Assembly (NCBI GenBank): GCA_001029735.1
Contig: CP011213.1
Coordinates: 460,613 to 524,612, forward strand
DNA: 64,000 nucleotides
Source of the DNA: Berkelbacteria bacterium GW2011_GWE1_39_12
GTDB lineage: Bacteria > Patescibacteriota > UBA1384 > UBA12157
Reading direction: 5' to 3'
The notes beneath the pieces were generated by a model, which was not told the DNA's origin, searched no databases, and was given only the letters and a program-made list of their open reading frames with translations. Position numbers and translations under genes: made by a program. Below, piece by piece: positions 1 through 9,204 of this stretch. Numbering within the stretch: position 1 is the stretch's first letter; every line of letters starts with the position of its first letter.

Positions 1-735
1 TTGGAGCGCTTGGGAACTATTTATGACCAAAATACCGATCTCTTTTTTGAAACTCCGTTAGTTAATATCGACCACCATCCGGGCAACGATTATTTTGGTA
101 AGGTTAACTGGGTTGATTTGACGGCCACGTCAACTGCTGAAATTTTGGTAGCTTTAGTGGAATCACTTGCCAGAGAAAAACCTTTATTAGATATTGACGT
201 TGCGACCGCCTTGCTTACTGGCATTATCGTTGATACAGGCTCATTCCAGAATGCCAACACTACACCAAAATCTTTTACCGTTGCCGCTCAACTGGTTGCA
301 GCAGGTGCCAAACAGCAAGAAATTATTCGCCATGTTTTCAAAACTAAAGCTTTGTCTACTCTTAAGCTCTGGGGCAAAATTCTTTCCAACGTGGTTGAAG
401 AACCAGAATCAAAGTTTGTCTGGTCTAAAGTAACCAAGGAAGACTTTGCCATAAGTGGTGCCGAAGGCGCTGCTTCTTCAGGCGTCATTGATGAACTCTT
501 AAAAACTGCCCCTGGCATTGATTTTGCCATATTACTTTCTGAAAAAATGGACGGTGTGCACGGTTCTCTGCGCGCCGCTATTTCCGGTGTTGATGTTTCC
601 GCTATTGCCAAAATATTTGGCGGTGGAGGACACACAGCTGCGGCTGCTTTCCATCTTGATGGCAAGACCTTAGCCGAGGTCCAGAACGAAATTATCGCTA
701 AAATCAAAGCATTTCAGAGCCAAAAAAACGCTTAG
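1..735 (+). CDS. DHH/DHHA1 family phosphoesterase (NrnA-like), 5'-truncated by the window edge
   Basis: NIDHH motif, DTGSF motif and C-terminal GGGGH..AAA DHHA1 motif. Confidence 0.9.
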   Translation: MERLGTIYDQNTDLFFETPLVNIDHHPGNDYFGKVNWVDLTATSTAEILVALVESLAREKPLLDIDVATALLTGIIVDTGSFQNANTTPKSFTVAAQLVAAGAKQQEIIRHVFKTKALSTLKLWGKILSNVVEEPESKFVWSKVTKEDFAISGAEGAASSGVIDELLKTAPGIDFAILLSEKMDGVHGSLRAAISGVDVSAIAKIFGGGGHTAAAAFHLDGKTLAEVQNEIIAKIKAFQSQKNA

Positions 736-753
736 ACGCAAGGAGGTGGCACT

Positions 754-864
754 GTGAGTTATGGTATAGCTATATTAGGGGTAATTGTCGCTATTTCTGG
801 ATTGATATTCAGTTTAGGATTTGGGAGAAAGGGGAATTCACGTGGGAGAAACAAAGGTTGTTGA
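754..864 (+). CDS. Small single-TM protein, 36 aa (MSYGIAILGVIVAISGLIFSLGFGRKGNSRGRNKGC); not in the ORF track
   Basis: AGGAGG at 741-746 before GTG 754; hydrophobic helix plus basic tail; TGA at 862-864. Confidence 0.5.
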   Translation: MSYGIAILGVIVAISGLIFSLGFGRKGNSRGRNKGC

Positions 865-1441
865 CGGTAGTGTTATTGAACGACGTAAAGAGGGAGGCGT
901 TGTTATCTTTGCTTCATTCAGCGGTAAACTAGAGTTAGTTCCTCAATTGGGAGATGGCGGTAAAATTGGCTTGATAATTCACGATACTTCCAGTAGAACT
1001 GCTGGATTTGTGACAAGTCCAGAAGCGCTAACCGTTGCGCTAAAGATACTTAGAGAAGAGAAAGAGGTCGAAGAGTTGGTTGTCAACTGTCCCCATTTTT
1101 CTCTTGAGCCAGGAGGGGAAAGAGGTTGCTTGGCTCACGCCCATGAAGATAGATCTTTACCATGTTCAATAAGAACAAAACAGCAGCTTGATCTATGTGA
1201 AGACTATCGTTTGAGCATGTCGGATCTAAAAAGAAGAATAGAGGCCTGCGAATTTCGATGCAGCAAGGGCTGTATGGCCGGCGCCGCAAAGCCAGGAAAA
1301 ACTGTCGGTCCGTGTTGGGTCAAGAACGAAGCTGACCTGAATAAGTGTGAAGCGGACGGAAAATATCGAACCAAAGCTGAGCTTTGTGCAGAACTCCACG
1401 AATGTGTCGAAAACTTCGATCCTAGGGATAGGATAGATTGA
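821..1441 (+). CDS. Hypothetical Cys-rich protein (start may be GTG 842)
   Basis: 206-aa ORF with repeated PC..K....L..C motifs, followed by a terminator. Confidence 0.6.
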   Translation: MGERGIHVGETKVVDGSVIERRKEGGVVIFASFSGKLELVPQLGDGGKIGLIIHDTSSRTAGFVTSPEALTVALKILREEKEVEELVVNCPHFSLEPGGERGCLAHAHEDRSLPCSIRTKQQLDLCEDYRLSMSDLKRRIEACEFRCSKGCMAGAAKPGKTVGPCWVKNEADLNKCEADGKYRTKAELCAELHECVENFDPRDRID

Positions 1442-1452
1442 TTTTATGTAAC

Positions 1453-1479
1453 AACCCGACGGTGTTCGCCGGGTTTTTT
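1453..1479 (+). terminator. Intrinsic terminator
   Basis: aacccg...cgggtt stem followed by a T-run. Confidence 0.7.
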
Positions 1480-1544
1480 AATCTTTACAATTAAGAAAAG
1501 CCGGTTCTATAATGCAGCTAGATGTCACACCTTAGGAGAATCTA

Positions 1545-1862
1545 TTGAGTATTGCTTCTAATTGGTTAAGTCAACTAGTTGTTGGTCAAATCTATCAGGT
1601 GACAATTGGGGCTGTTTGCCCTCGGGTTGTCTACCTGCAGATTCTGCCGGAGGATCGTTGCCACATCCATGATCCTCATGCCGACGAAATCGAAGATGGT
1701 ATTATACGGAAAAAGCTTATTTCTCCAGAAATGCCGTGGCTGAAAGATTCTACTGGTAAGGAAACACACATTTACGGTACTGTGGAGAATGTTCAGCTCT
1801 TGGACGAAATCCCGACCGAATGTCGACTCGAACCGCTTGAAGGGGAGCAATTGCGAATTTGA
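1545..1862 (+). CDS. Hypothetical protein
   Basis: Own TTTACA/TATAAT promoter, AGGAG RBS, TTG start and downstream hairpin terminator. Confidence 0.6.
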   Translation: MSIASNWLSQLVVGQIYQVTIGAVCPRVVYLQILPEDRCHIHDPHADEIEDGIIRKKLISPEMPWLKDSTGKETHIYGTVENVQLLDEIPTECRLEPLEGEQLRI

Positions 1863-1911
1863 TTATTTACTCTAGAGACATCTCTCTACCCGACGGGAAA
1901 CCTTCGGGTTT

Positions 1912-2361
1912 TTAATTCTTAACATAGAGATAAACGTTGTTCTCGACTTGAACAGGTTCCCATTCGGGGAAAATAAAAGTATTCGAGATCACCTTGGCTC
2001 CTGTTTTGAGTTCTTTTTTTAATTTCTTTTCCATTTGTTTCATCATGCTAGTGATACCAAACAGGGTAATTATGTTGAATTCAGAAAGGTCCGCCTTCCA
2101 GAAGTTTTTTTCCGATATTCGAGCCACATCTTCCATGCCCTGAACAATAATATTTTTTTGTCCTAACATGGCTCGGCTTGGATCAGCTTCAAAACCTTGT
2201 GCAATGGCACCAGCTTTGGCAAAAGCGATTACCACCCGACCATCGCCTGAACCAAGATCGGCCATTCTTTCGCCACCTTGAAGATTTGCCATTTTGACCA
2301 TAATTCTAATTTTTTCCGCCGTACTTGGGACAAACGGGATATCTAATTTTGCTGGTTCCAT
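1912..2361 (-). CDS. Class I SAM-dependent methyltransferase (FAM173/ATPSc-KMT-like)
   Basis: PFVPS...DLGSGDGR motif I and VISNTF; AGGAG RBS before ATG 2361. Confidence 0.85.
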   Translation of the reverse strand: MEPAKLDIPFVPSTAEKIRIMVKMANLQGGERMADLGSGDGRVVIAFAKAGAIAQGFEADPSRAMLGQKNIIVQGMEDVARISEKNFWKADLSEFNIITLFGITSMMKQMEKKLKKELKTGAKVISNTFIFPEWEPVQVENNVYLYVKN

Positions 2362-2676
2362 TACTTCTCCTTTCTTCTTAAGAAGTAAGTATGGCAAAAA
2401 AGCCTAAGGCTTTCTTTAGTAATACGAACAAATAAATGAGTCTGTTAGAGACCAATGTCTTTACAGCTTTCAAGGAGTAGCTTGTCAAAGTGTAGAAAAT
2501 TTGCTATAATCTTGATGAATCATTAAATTATTTAATCGCCCCGAGCGTAGTCGAGGGGCTGGTTGTTTCTTGGATAATCCGCCAGCTGGCGGACTAGGAA
2601 ATGACACAAAGGAAAAAATGCCAAAAGTTGATTTAATTAAAAAGCAACATGCTTATTTTTTGAAAGGTAGTAAATA

Positions 2677-2928
2677 ATGAAAGTCGATTTAATCAAAAAA
2701 TATCAAACCCACAAAAATGACACTGGTTCCACTGAAGTTCAGGTAGCTTTGCTCACTGAAAAAATCATGGAATTAGCCAAGCATTTGAAAAAGCATGCCA
2801 AAGATTCAGATTCACGCCGCGGTTTATTGATGATGGTTGGAAAACGCCGCCGCTTGCTTAACTATTTGAAAAAGGGTGAACCTAGGAAGTATGAAAAACT
2901 TATCAAGGACTTAGGTCTTAAGAAATAA
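2677..2928 (+). CDS. rpsO: 30S ribosomal protein S15
   Basis: [31 protein letters not shown]; located upstream of pnp. Confidence 0.98.
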   Translation: MKVDLIKKYQTHKNDTGSTEVQVALLTEKIMELAKHLKKHAKDSDSRRGLLMMVGKRRRLLNYLKKGEPRKYEKLIKDLGLKK

Positions 2929-3033
2929 GAACCTCTTCGCGAGAAACTTGTTTCTTGAGTTGTAGAAATAATAAGTTTTTGCATGTCAAAGCTGATTAAA
3001 GATTTAGGTTTAAAAAAATAAGACAGTCAATCG

Positions 3034-3098
3034 GTCATTGCGAGTCGGTAGGCGAAGCAATCTGTTTCAGAGATCGCCACATTGACACTTGCGATGAC
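3034..3098. repeat. GTCAT...ATGAC palindromic REP-like doublet
   Basis: gtcattgcga..gaagcaatct / agatcgcc..gcgatgac; same family at 6075-6497, 12005-12066, 12221-12247, 13381-13513 and 13941-14003. Confidence 0.75.
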
Positions 3099-3126
3099 AG
3101 AATAAATAGATTTAAAAATTAATATA

Positions 3127-3199
3127 GCGTGAGATGCGTAGAGCAGGTAAAGGGATAAAAAATTGTTTTTCTCTCTTTAGGTGTTCTACGTTCTCATGC
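3127..3199 (+). promoter_or_regulatory. Long stem-loop in the pnp leader, putative RNase III processing/autoregulation site
   Basis: gcgtgaga/tctcatgc, cgtagagca/tgttctacg and taaaggga/tctcttta pairings just upstream of the pnp RBS; comparable leader hairpins are established for pnp in E. coli and Streptomyces. Confidence 0.6.
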
Positions 3200-3215
3200 C
3201 TTTTGAAAGGCAAAA

Positions 3216-5318
3216 ATGTCCCAAGACTTTAAAACGACCATTGCAGATAAGGAATTAGTTATCTCCACTGGTAAATTGGCGCAACTTGCGTCTGGTTCTG
3301 TAACGGTTCGCTATGGCGATACCGTTGTTTTGGCAACCGCCGTTGTTGCGGCCGAAGCTCGCGACGACATCGATTATTTCCCGTTGTTAGTGGATTATGA
3401 GGAAAGATTGTATGCCGCCGGTAAGATTTCTGGTTCACGATTTATTAAAAGAGAAGGCCGTCCGTCAGAACAGGCAATACTTACTTGCCGCTTGATTGAC
3501 CGACCGATTCGTCCTTTGTTTCCAAAAGCGTTCAAGAATGATGTACAGGTTGTTATCACTGTTTTATCTTTCGATTTAGAAAACGACCCAGGTATCATTT
3601 CCATCATCGCCGCTTCAGCCGCTCTTTGCCAGTCAAACGCACCTTTCGAAGGTCCAGTGGCTGCTTCCAGAGTTGGTTTAATCGACGGTGAATTTGTTTT
3701 GAACCCAACCGTTAAGCAATTGGAAAATTCCAAACTTGACTTGGTTGTCGCCGGAAATAAAGAAAAAGTTTTGATGCTTGAGGCCGGTTCCAACGAAGTT
3801 GACGAAAAGACTATGATTGAAGCCATAAAATTCGGTCACAAAGGTCTTCAACCAGCGCTTGAAATTCAAAAAGAGCTTATTTCTGAAACCAAGCATACGG
3901 TTGAAGAAGCTGAAGAACCTGCAATTATTAAAGAAATTAAATCATATCTTGGCAAGAAATTGGCCGAAATCGTTTATGTAACAGATAAAGCCAAGCGTCA
4001 AGAACAAATTTCTGCCTTTGAAAAAGAAGTTTTGGAAAATTTTGAAGGTAACTATAAGCAAATTGAATTAAAATCAGCTTTTGGCCAAGTTTTGGAAAAA
4101 GAAGTTCGTCAAGCTGTCATTGATAAAGAAATTCGTCCAGACGGCCGTAAAATCGACGAGATTCGTCCGATTTCGGTTGAAGTGGACTTATTGCCTCGCA
4201 CCCACGGTTCAGGATTATTTACTCGTGGTCAGACGCAGGTTATGTCGATTATCACCCTTGGACCACCTTCTGAAGAACAGATCATTGAAACAATGGAAGA
4301 AGAAGGTACCAAGAGATATATGCATCATTATAACTTCCCACCATTTTCAACGGGTGAAGTTAAACCAATGCGTTCAACATCACGCCGAGAAATTGGTCAT
4401 GGCGCCTTAGCTGAAAGAGCCTTACTTCCTGTCATTCCTTCACGTGAAGAATTCCCTTATACCATTCGTGTTGTTTCTGAAGTTTTGGCTTCAAATGGTT
4501 CGTCTTCAATGGCTTCTACCTGCGGTTCAACCTTAGCCTTGATGGATGCTGGCGTTCCGATTAAAACTCCTGTTGCCGGTATTGCTATGGGCTTAATGAC
4601 TTCTGAAGATGGCAAAAAACATAAGATTTTGACTGATATTGCCGGTATTGAAGACTTTGCCGGAGATATGGACTTTAAGATTACCGCCACTAAAGATGGT
4701 ATTACTGCTATTCAGTTAGATACCAAATTAAAAGGTTTGGACTTCGACGTTTTACAAGAAGCCTTGGTTGCCGCTCGCAAAGCAAATGACACAATTTTAA
4801 GCAAAATCAACGCTGTTATATCTGAACCTCGCAAAGAACTTTCCAAATATGCCCCAAGAATTGAAACCGTGAAAATCCCGATTGATAAAATCGGTGAAAT
4901 TATCGGTCCTGGCGGCAAGAATATTCGCAAATTGATTGAAGATTGCGGTGGCAAAGAAGTCATTACGATCGATATCGAGGATGATGGTACTGTTACGGTT
5001 GCCTCAATTGAACCAGAAGCTTCTAAGAAAGCTTTGACTTATATCGAAGGCGTTACCAAAGAAGTCGAATTAGGTAAGATTTATGAAGGTCCAGTGACCA
5101 CTATCGTCAAAGACAGAATGTCTGGCAAAGAAATCGGCGCCATTGTTCAAGTTTTGCCAAACCAAGATGGTATGGTTCATATTTCTCAGATTGCCGACGA
5201 ACGGGTAGAAAAAATTGAAGACGTCTTGAAAATCGGCCAAGTCGTTAAAGTGAAAGTCATGGAAATTGATAAGGAACGGGGCAGAGTTTCGCTTTCGATC
5301 AAAGCCGCTAAAGAATAA
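3216..5318 (+). CDS. pnp: Polyribonucleotide nucleotidyltransferase (PNPase)
   Basis: Two RNase PH domains (RREIGHG, SNGSSSMAS, GDMDFK) plus KH (IIGPGGK) and S1 domains. Confidence 0.98.
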   Translation: MSQDFKTTIADKELVISTGKLAQLASGSVTVRYGDTVVLATAVVAAEARDDIDYFPLLVDYEERLYAAGKISGSRFIKREGRPSEQAILTCRLIDRPIRPLFPKAFKNDVQVVITVLSFDLENDPGIISIIAASAALCQSNAPFEGPVAASRVGLIDGEFVLNPTVKQLENSKLDLVVAGNKEKVLMLEAGSNEVDEKTMIEAIKFGHKGLQPALEIQKELISETKHTVEEAEEPAIIKEIKSYLGKKLAEIVYVTDKAKRQEQISAFEKEVLENFEGNYKQIELKSAFGQVLEKEVRQAVIDKEIRPDGRKIDEIRPISVEVDLLPRTHGSGLFTRGQTQVMSIITLGPPSEEQIIETMEEEGTKRYMHHYNFPPFSTGEVKPMRSTSRREIGHGALAERALLPVIPSREEFPYTIRVVSEVLASNGSSSMASTCGSTLALMDAGVPIKTPVAGIAMGLMTSEDGKKHKILTDIAGIEDFAGDMDFKITATKDGITAIQLDTKLKGLDFDVLQEALVAARKANDTILSKINAVISEPRKELSKYAPRIETVKIPIDKIGEIIGPGGKNIRKLIEDCGGKEVITIDIEDDGTVTVASIEPEASKKALTYIEGVTKEVELGKIYEGPVTTIVKDRMSGKEIGAIVQVLPNQDGMVHISQIADERVEKIEDVLKIGQVVKVKVMEIDKERGRVSLSIKAAKE

Positions 5319-5340
5319 AAAAGAATTCTCGATATATGAA

Positions 5341-5368
5341 AAAGAGACCGGAAAAAAGGTCTCTTTTT
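5341..5368 (+). terminator. Intrinsic terminator after pnp
   Basis: aaagagacc/ggtctcttt stem followed by a T-run. Confidence 0.75.
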
Positions 5369-5461
5369 GGTGTCACAGGTTGACAAAATCAGTTTTTTGG
5401 TATATATTCGATAGTTCCATAACGAATCAGAAAAACAGTCATGGTTGTTAAGGAGGATTAA

Positions 5462-5764
5462 ATGGCAACAAAATGTCCGAAATGCGGTCATGAAGAAGGT
5501 GGCAATCCTAGTTACTGCACGGATTGCGGCAACAAGAATGGCCCTTTGCCGACTTGCCTGCATTGTGGCGCTCTGATATGGAGTACTCACTCGCATTGCC
5601 AAGGCTGTGGACTTGATCGGAAGACTGCCCTGACGGATCCTGAAAAACTGGAACAGGAAAAAGCCAGGATTTTGGCCGAAGAGCAGCTTCGCGCAGAAAA
5701 GCGGGCAAAGAAGAAGTGGTGGCAGTTCTGGAGGCAAGATCCAGATCTCCTTGAAGGTCCATGA
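5462..5764 (+). CDS. Double zinc-ribbon protein with coiled-coil and KKKWWQFW tail
   Basis: Four CxxC pairs; AGGAGG RBS; own TTGACA promoter. Confidence 0.75.
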   Translation: MATKCPKCGHEEGGNPSYCTDCGNKNGPLPTCLHCGALIWSTHSHCQGCGLDRKTALTDPEKLEQEKARILAEEQLRAEKRAKKKWWQFWRQDPDLLEGP

Positions 5765-5853
5765 CCTCGTCGTCATTTCAATCAGCCGTGAGCAAATTGT
5801 CATTAATTTGGCAAAATCTCACGGTTTTTTAATTTTTATGATATATTAGAATT

Positions 5854-5902
5854 AATAGCCAAGCTAAAGCTTGTCGCGGAATTTTATCAAGGATAAAATA
5901 TG
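5854..5902 (+). repeat. Twin-hairpin TAT(A/G)-bounded element
   Basis: gccaagc-taaa-gcttgtc GCGGA attttatc-aag-gataaaat ATG. Confidence 0.7.
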
Positions 5903-6064
5903 AAAACAATATCAATTCAAGAAAAACAAAACCGAATCTTCCGCAAGATGAGCGCGGAAAAAAAACTTAAAATGATGGATAGCTTTTTCCTTATTGTCAG
6001 GATGCTAATTCCATATCTGATTTATTGCCAGTGTCTAGGAAAAAATAAAAGGTTACAGAGTTAG
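5900..6064 (+). pseudogene. Small antitoxin-like ORF (…IFRKMSAEKKLKM…), probably degenerate
   Basis: The R.MS.E.KL motif resembles the small partner proteins of minimal nucleotidyltransferases; 54 codons; family assignment from memory. Confidence 0.4.
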
Positions 6065-6074
6065 AAAACAAGAT

Positions 6075-6204
6075 GTCGTTCCGACAAACATGGAGGAGTC
6101 TAGTAAAGAAAGATCTCTCGACTACGCTCGAGATGACATGATGAAAATATTGTTAGATGACAATAGAATGTCATTCCGACCGAGTGAAACGAGTGGAGGA
6201 ATCT
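6075..6204. repeat. GTCAT/ATGAC REP-like palindromes on the left of the GIY-YIG gene
   Basis: gtcgttccga..ggagtct, agatctctcgactacgctcgagatgac and gtcattccgaccgag..ggaatct. Confidence 0.8.
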
Positions 6205-6210
6205 TGAATC

Positions 6211-6501
6211 GTGAAAACATATTATGTTTATATAATGGCCAGTTTTAGTAGGGTTCTATATATCGGTATTACAAATGATCTAGCTCGGAGAGTTTATGAG
6301 CATAAAAACGAGCTAAATGACGGATTTACAAAAAGATATAAATGCAAGAAGTTAGTATATTTTGAGTCGTCTTCCGATGTTAATTCGATCTTGGAAAGAG
6401 AAAAGCAATTAAAAAGGTGGAGACGGGATAAGAAAATCTTTTTAATTGAGAAAGACAATTCGGAATGGAAAGATCTCTCGACTTCGCTCGAGATGACATA
6501 G
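6211..6501 (+). CDS. Stand-alone GIY-YIG nuclease (UPF0213-like), REP-associated
   Basis: YYVYIM..LYIGITNDL.RR..EH..GFT.RY...EKQLK.W.R.KK; the 3' end overlaps a REP copy at 6471-6497. Confidence 0.92.
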   Translation: MKTYYVYIMASFSRVLYIGITNDLARRVYEHKNELNDGFTKRYKCKKLVYFESSSDVNSILEREKQLKRWRRDKKIFLIEKDNSEWKDLSTSLEMT

Positions 6502-6672
6502 AAAAATAACGATTGGTTTCGTGATTTAGAATCAACCCGTCAGCTGGAAGATATTGCTTCAGTCATGGACATCCAAAAGAAATTAGATATGGTTTATATA
6601 AAAAAATGGGTGACAAAGTTTGGTTTGCAAGAAGAATATCAATCGCTCGAAAAGCTATTAAATCGCGATTGA
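6502..6672 (+). pseudogene. C-terminal remnant of a minimal nucleotidyltransferase-like gene
   Basis: Open frame with no start: WFRDLESTRQLEDIASVMDIQKKLDMVYIKKWVTKFGL…; the S.RQ..D…LD..Y...W...GL pattern resembles DUF6036/AbiEii-like NTase C-termini. Confidence 0.5.
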
Positions 6673-6675
6673 GAA

Positions 6676-6704
6676 TTGACAAACTCAAAAAACAATGCTA
6701 TTAT
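6676..6704 (+). promoter_or_regulatory. Sigma70 promoter for the udg-rnj unit
   Basis: TTGACA-17 nt-TATTAT with an extended TG. Confidence 0.65.
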
Positions 6705-6754
6705 GGGTATGATCAATAAAAAGAACTCGACGAATTTAGAAATTTTTTTGAATT

Positions 6755-7324
6755 ATGAATTACTCGAACTTAGATGAAATTGCAGCTGAAATTAAAATAT
6801 GCAAGAAATGTCCTCTCTTTAGGGGAAGGATAAATGCAGTTCCTGGTTCCGGTAATCCCAATGCCGAGATTCTTTTTATTGGCGAAGGACCTGGACAAAA
6901 TGAAGATAAAAAAGGTTTACCTTTTGTTGGCGATGCCGGCAAGTTCTTAGATGAAATGCTGGAATCTATCAACCTCAAACGTGAAGATATTTTTATTGGC
7001 AATGTGGTTAAATGCCGCCCGCCCAATAATCGCGACCCGTTAGAAGAAGAAGTTGGTGTTTGCACCAGAAATTATCTTATTTCCCAGATTAGATTGATTA
7101 AGCCAAAATTAATTGTTACCTTAGGGCGACACTCCATGCAGGTTTTTTTCCCTCAACTTAAATCGATCTCACAAGTCCACGGCAAAGCTTATAAAAAAGC
7201 TGGTCAGGTTTACTTGATTCTTTATCACCCGGCTGCCGGACTTTATCAACAATCATTAAAAGAAACGATGAAAGATGACTTTAAAAAGATTCCTGAAATA
7301 ATGGAACTCATTAAGGAGAGCTAG
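6755..7324 (+). CDS. Uracil-DNA glycosylase family 4 (Fe-S)
   Basis: C..C.L, GEGPG..ED..G.PFVG, NVVKCRPP.NR and HPAA motifs. Confidence 0.95.
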   Translation: MNYSNLDEIAAEIKICKKCPLFRGRINAVPGSGNPNAEILFIGEGPGQNEDKKGLPFVGDAGKFLDEMLESINLKREDIFIGNVVKCRPPNNRDPLEEEVGVCTRNYLISQIRLIKPKLIVTLGRHSMQVFFPQLKSISQVHGKAYKKAGQVYLILYHPAAGLYQQSLKETMKDDFKKIPEIMELIKES

Positions 7325-7350
7325 AAGCTCTCGTATTAGAAAGACTATGT

Positions 7351-9144
7351 ATGAATAACATTTCTACAACAACAGACCCTAAACCTAGTCGCCGTCCTCA
7401 AAGCGGCGGTTATCGTCAGGGAAATTTTAAAAAAACGAATTTCACCAATCAGACAACCCAAAACAAACCGCTTAAAGTGTACAAGGCTGAATCGCCTCGA
7501 TTAAAAATCATTCCTCTTGGAGGAAACGGCGAAATCGGTAAAAACATGATGATTTATGAGTATGGCGACGATATTATCTTGATCGATTGCGGAATGATGT
7601 TCCCTAGATCAGAAATGCTTGGCGTCGACTTTATTATCCCAAATATTTCTTACTTGGAAGAACGCAAGAATAAGATTCGTGGTTTACTTATTACTCATGG
7701 ACATGAAGATCACATTGGTGCCATTCCTTATGTTTGGCCAAAATTACAGTGTCCAATTTATGCAACAAAATTAACTGCCGGCTTTATTGAAAGCAAATGT
7801 GAAGAATTCGGCCTTAAGCCCAATATTCGTGTTGTTCAGGCAGGCGACAAGATTCAACTTGGTGTGTTTAAAATTGAATTTATTCCGTTTTCGCACACTT
7901 TTTTGGATGACGTCGGTTTGGCGTTCGATACCCCAGACGGCTTTGTCATTCACATTGCTGACTTTAAATTAGATACAAATAAGCTTGAATCCCAAAAGGT
8001 TTTAGGCAAGCTTCATGAATTTTCTGAAAAAGGCGTGAAAGTTTTGATGTTGGAATCAACCAATGTTGAAATCAAATCAGAAAAAATCGCTGAAAGCGTC
8101 GTGCATGACACAATTGCCAATATCTTTACCAAGACAAAGGGCAGATTGATTGTTACTTCATTTGCTTCGTCTTTGGACAGAATCCAAGGCGTGCTAAATG
8201 CTGCGCAAAAAACTCATCGCAAAGTTGCGATTGCCGGACGTTCGATGGAAAAGGCAATCAATATTGCTATGAATCTGGGTTATTTGAAAGTGCCACAGAA
8301 TATCTTAGTCGATATTCGCCGCACCGATAATATTTCCGATGACAAAATTGCCATTCTCTGTACCGGTTCACAAGGTGAAGAATATTCCGCATTGGTTAGA
8401 ATGTCGACCGGTGAGCATAGACAGGTTCGAATTAAAAAAGGCGATACAGTCGTTATTTCTGCCGGAGCTATTCCAGGAAACGAACGCACTGTTGCTGATA
8501 CGGTTAACAACCTTTATCGTTTAGGCGCCGAAGTTTATTACGGTGCAGAACGTGAAAAGATTCACTCTTCTGGTCATGCTAAGAGAGATGAATTGAAATT
8601 GGTTATTGCAACTGCTAAACCTGAATATTTTATTCCAATTCATGGTGAATATCGTCATTTAGTATTACATACCAAATTAGCCGTTGAAATGGGCGTCAAA
8701 GAAGGTAATGCCTTCGCCATTGAAGATGGTCAAATCGTTGAAGTTCATGATGGCAAAGCCAATATTTCCGCTCAGAAAATCGATGCCTCTTACGTCTTAG
8801 TTGACGGATTAGGTGTCGGTGATGTTGGAAATATTGTTTTACGCGATCGTCAGGCGATGGCCAAAGATGGTATCTTTGTGGTTATCTTAACCGTCGATCA
8901 CGAAACCGGAAAAATTGTAACGTCTCCAGATATTATCTCCCGCGGATTTATTTATATGCGCGAGAGGGAAGACTTGGTGTTTAAAGCACGTCAAGAGATC
9001 AAAAAGATGTTTCAGAAGCATAATGAAAAATACCCGGCTAACTGGGATTTCATCAAGAAGGCGATGCGCAACGAATTAGGGGAGTTCTTATATGCCGAAA
9101 CAGAACGAAGACCTATGGTGATACCAGTAATCATCGAAGTTTAA
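7351..9144 (+). CDS. rnj: Ribonuclease J
   Basis: PLGG..EIGKN, THGHEDHIG, GSQGE, HSSGH, PIHGE and RRPMVIPVI motifs. Confidence 0.96.
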   Translation: MNNISTTTDPKPSRRPQSGGYRQGNFKKTNFTNQTTQNKPLKVYKAESPRLKIIPLGGNGEIGKNMMIYEYGDDIILIDCGMMFPRSEMLGVDFIIPNISYLEERKNKIRGLLITHGHEDHIGAIPYVWPKLQCPIYATKLTAGFIESKCEEFGLKPNIRVVQAGDKIQLGVFKIEFIPFSHTFLDDVGLAFDTPDGFVIHIADFKLDTNKLESQKVLGKLHEFSEKGVKVLMLESTNVEIKSEKIAESVVHDTIANIFTKTKGRLIVTSFASSLDRIQGVLNAAQKTHRKVAIAGRSMEKAINIAMNLGYLKVPQNILVDIRRTDNISDDKIAILCTGSQGEEYSALVRMSTGEHRQVRIKKGDTVVISAGAIPGNERTVADTVNNLYRLGAEVYYGAEREKIHSSGHAKRDELKLVIATAKPEYFIPIHGEYRHLVLHTKLAVEMGVKEGNAFAIEDGQIVEVHDGKANISAQKIDASYVLVDGLGVGDVGNIVLRDRQAMAKDGIFVVILTVDHETGKIVTSPDIISRGFIYMREREDLVFKARQEIKKMFQKHNEKYPANWDFIKKAMRNELGEFLYAETERRPMVIPVIIEV

Positions 9145-9161
9145 ATAAATATAACAAAATG

Positions 9162-9188
9162 AAAAAGACCCCTTGGCGGGGTCTTTTT
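9162..9188. terminator. Bidirectional intrinsic terminator
   Basis: aaaaagacccc/ggggtcttttt between convergent genes. Confidence 0.8.
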
Positions 9189-9204
9189 CTGTATTTAGAG
9201 ATTA

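Noticed and set aside
6499-6672. Read-through fusion of GIY-YIG with the in-frame downstream fragment
   Set aside because: The GIY-YIG protein is complete at its TAG; being in frame has a one-in-three chance and no recoding signal is evident.
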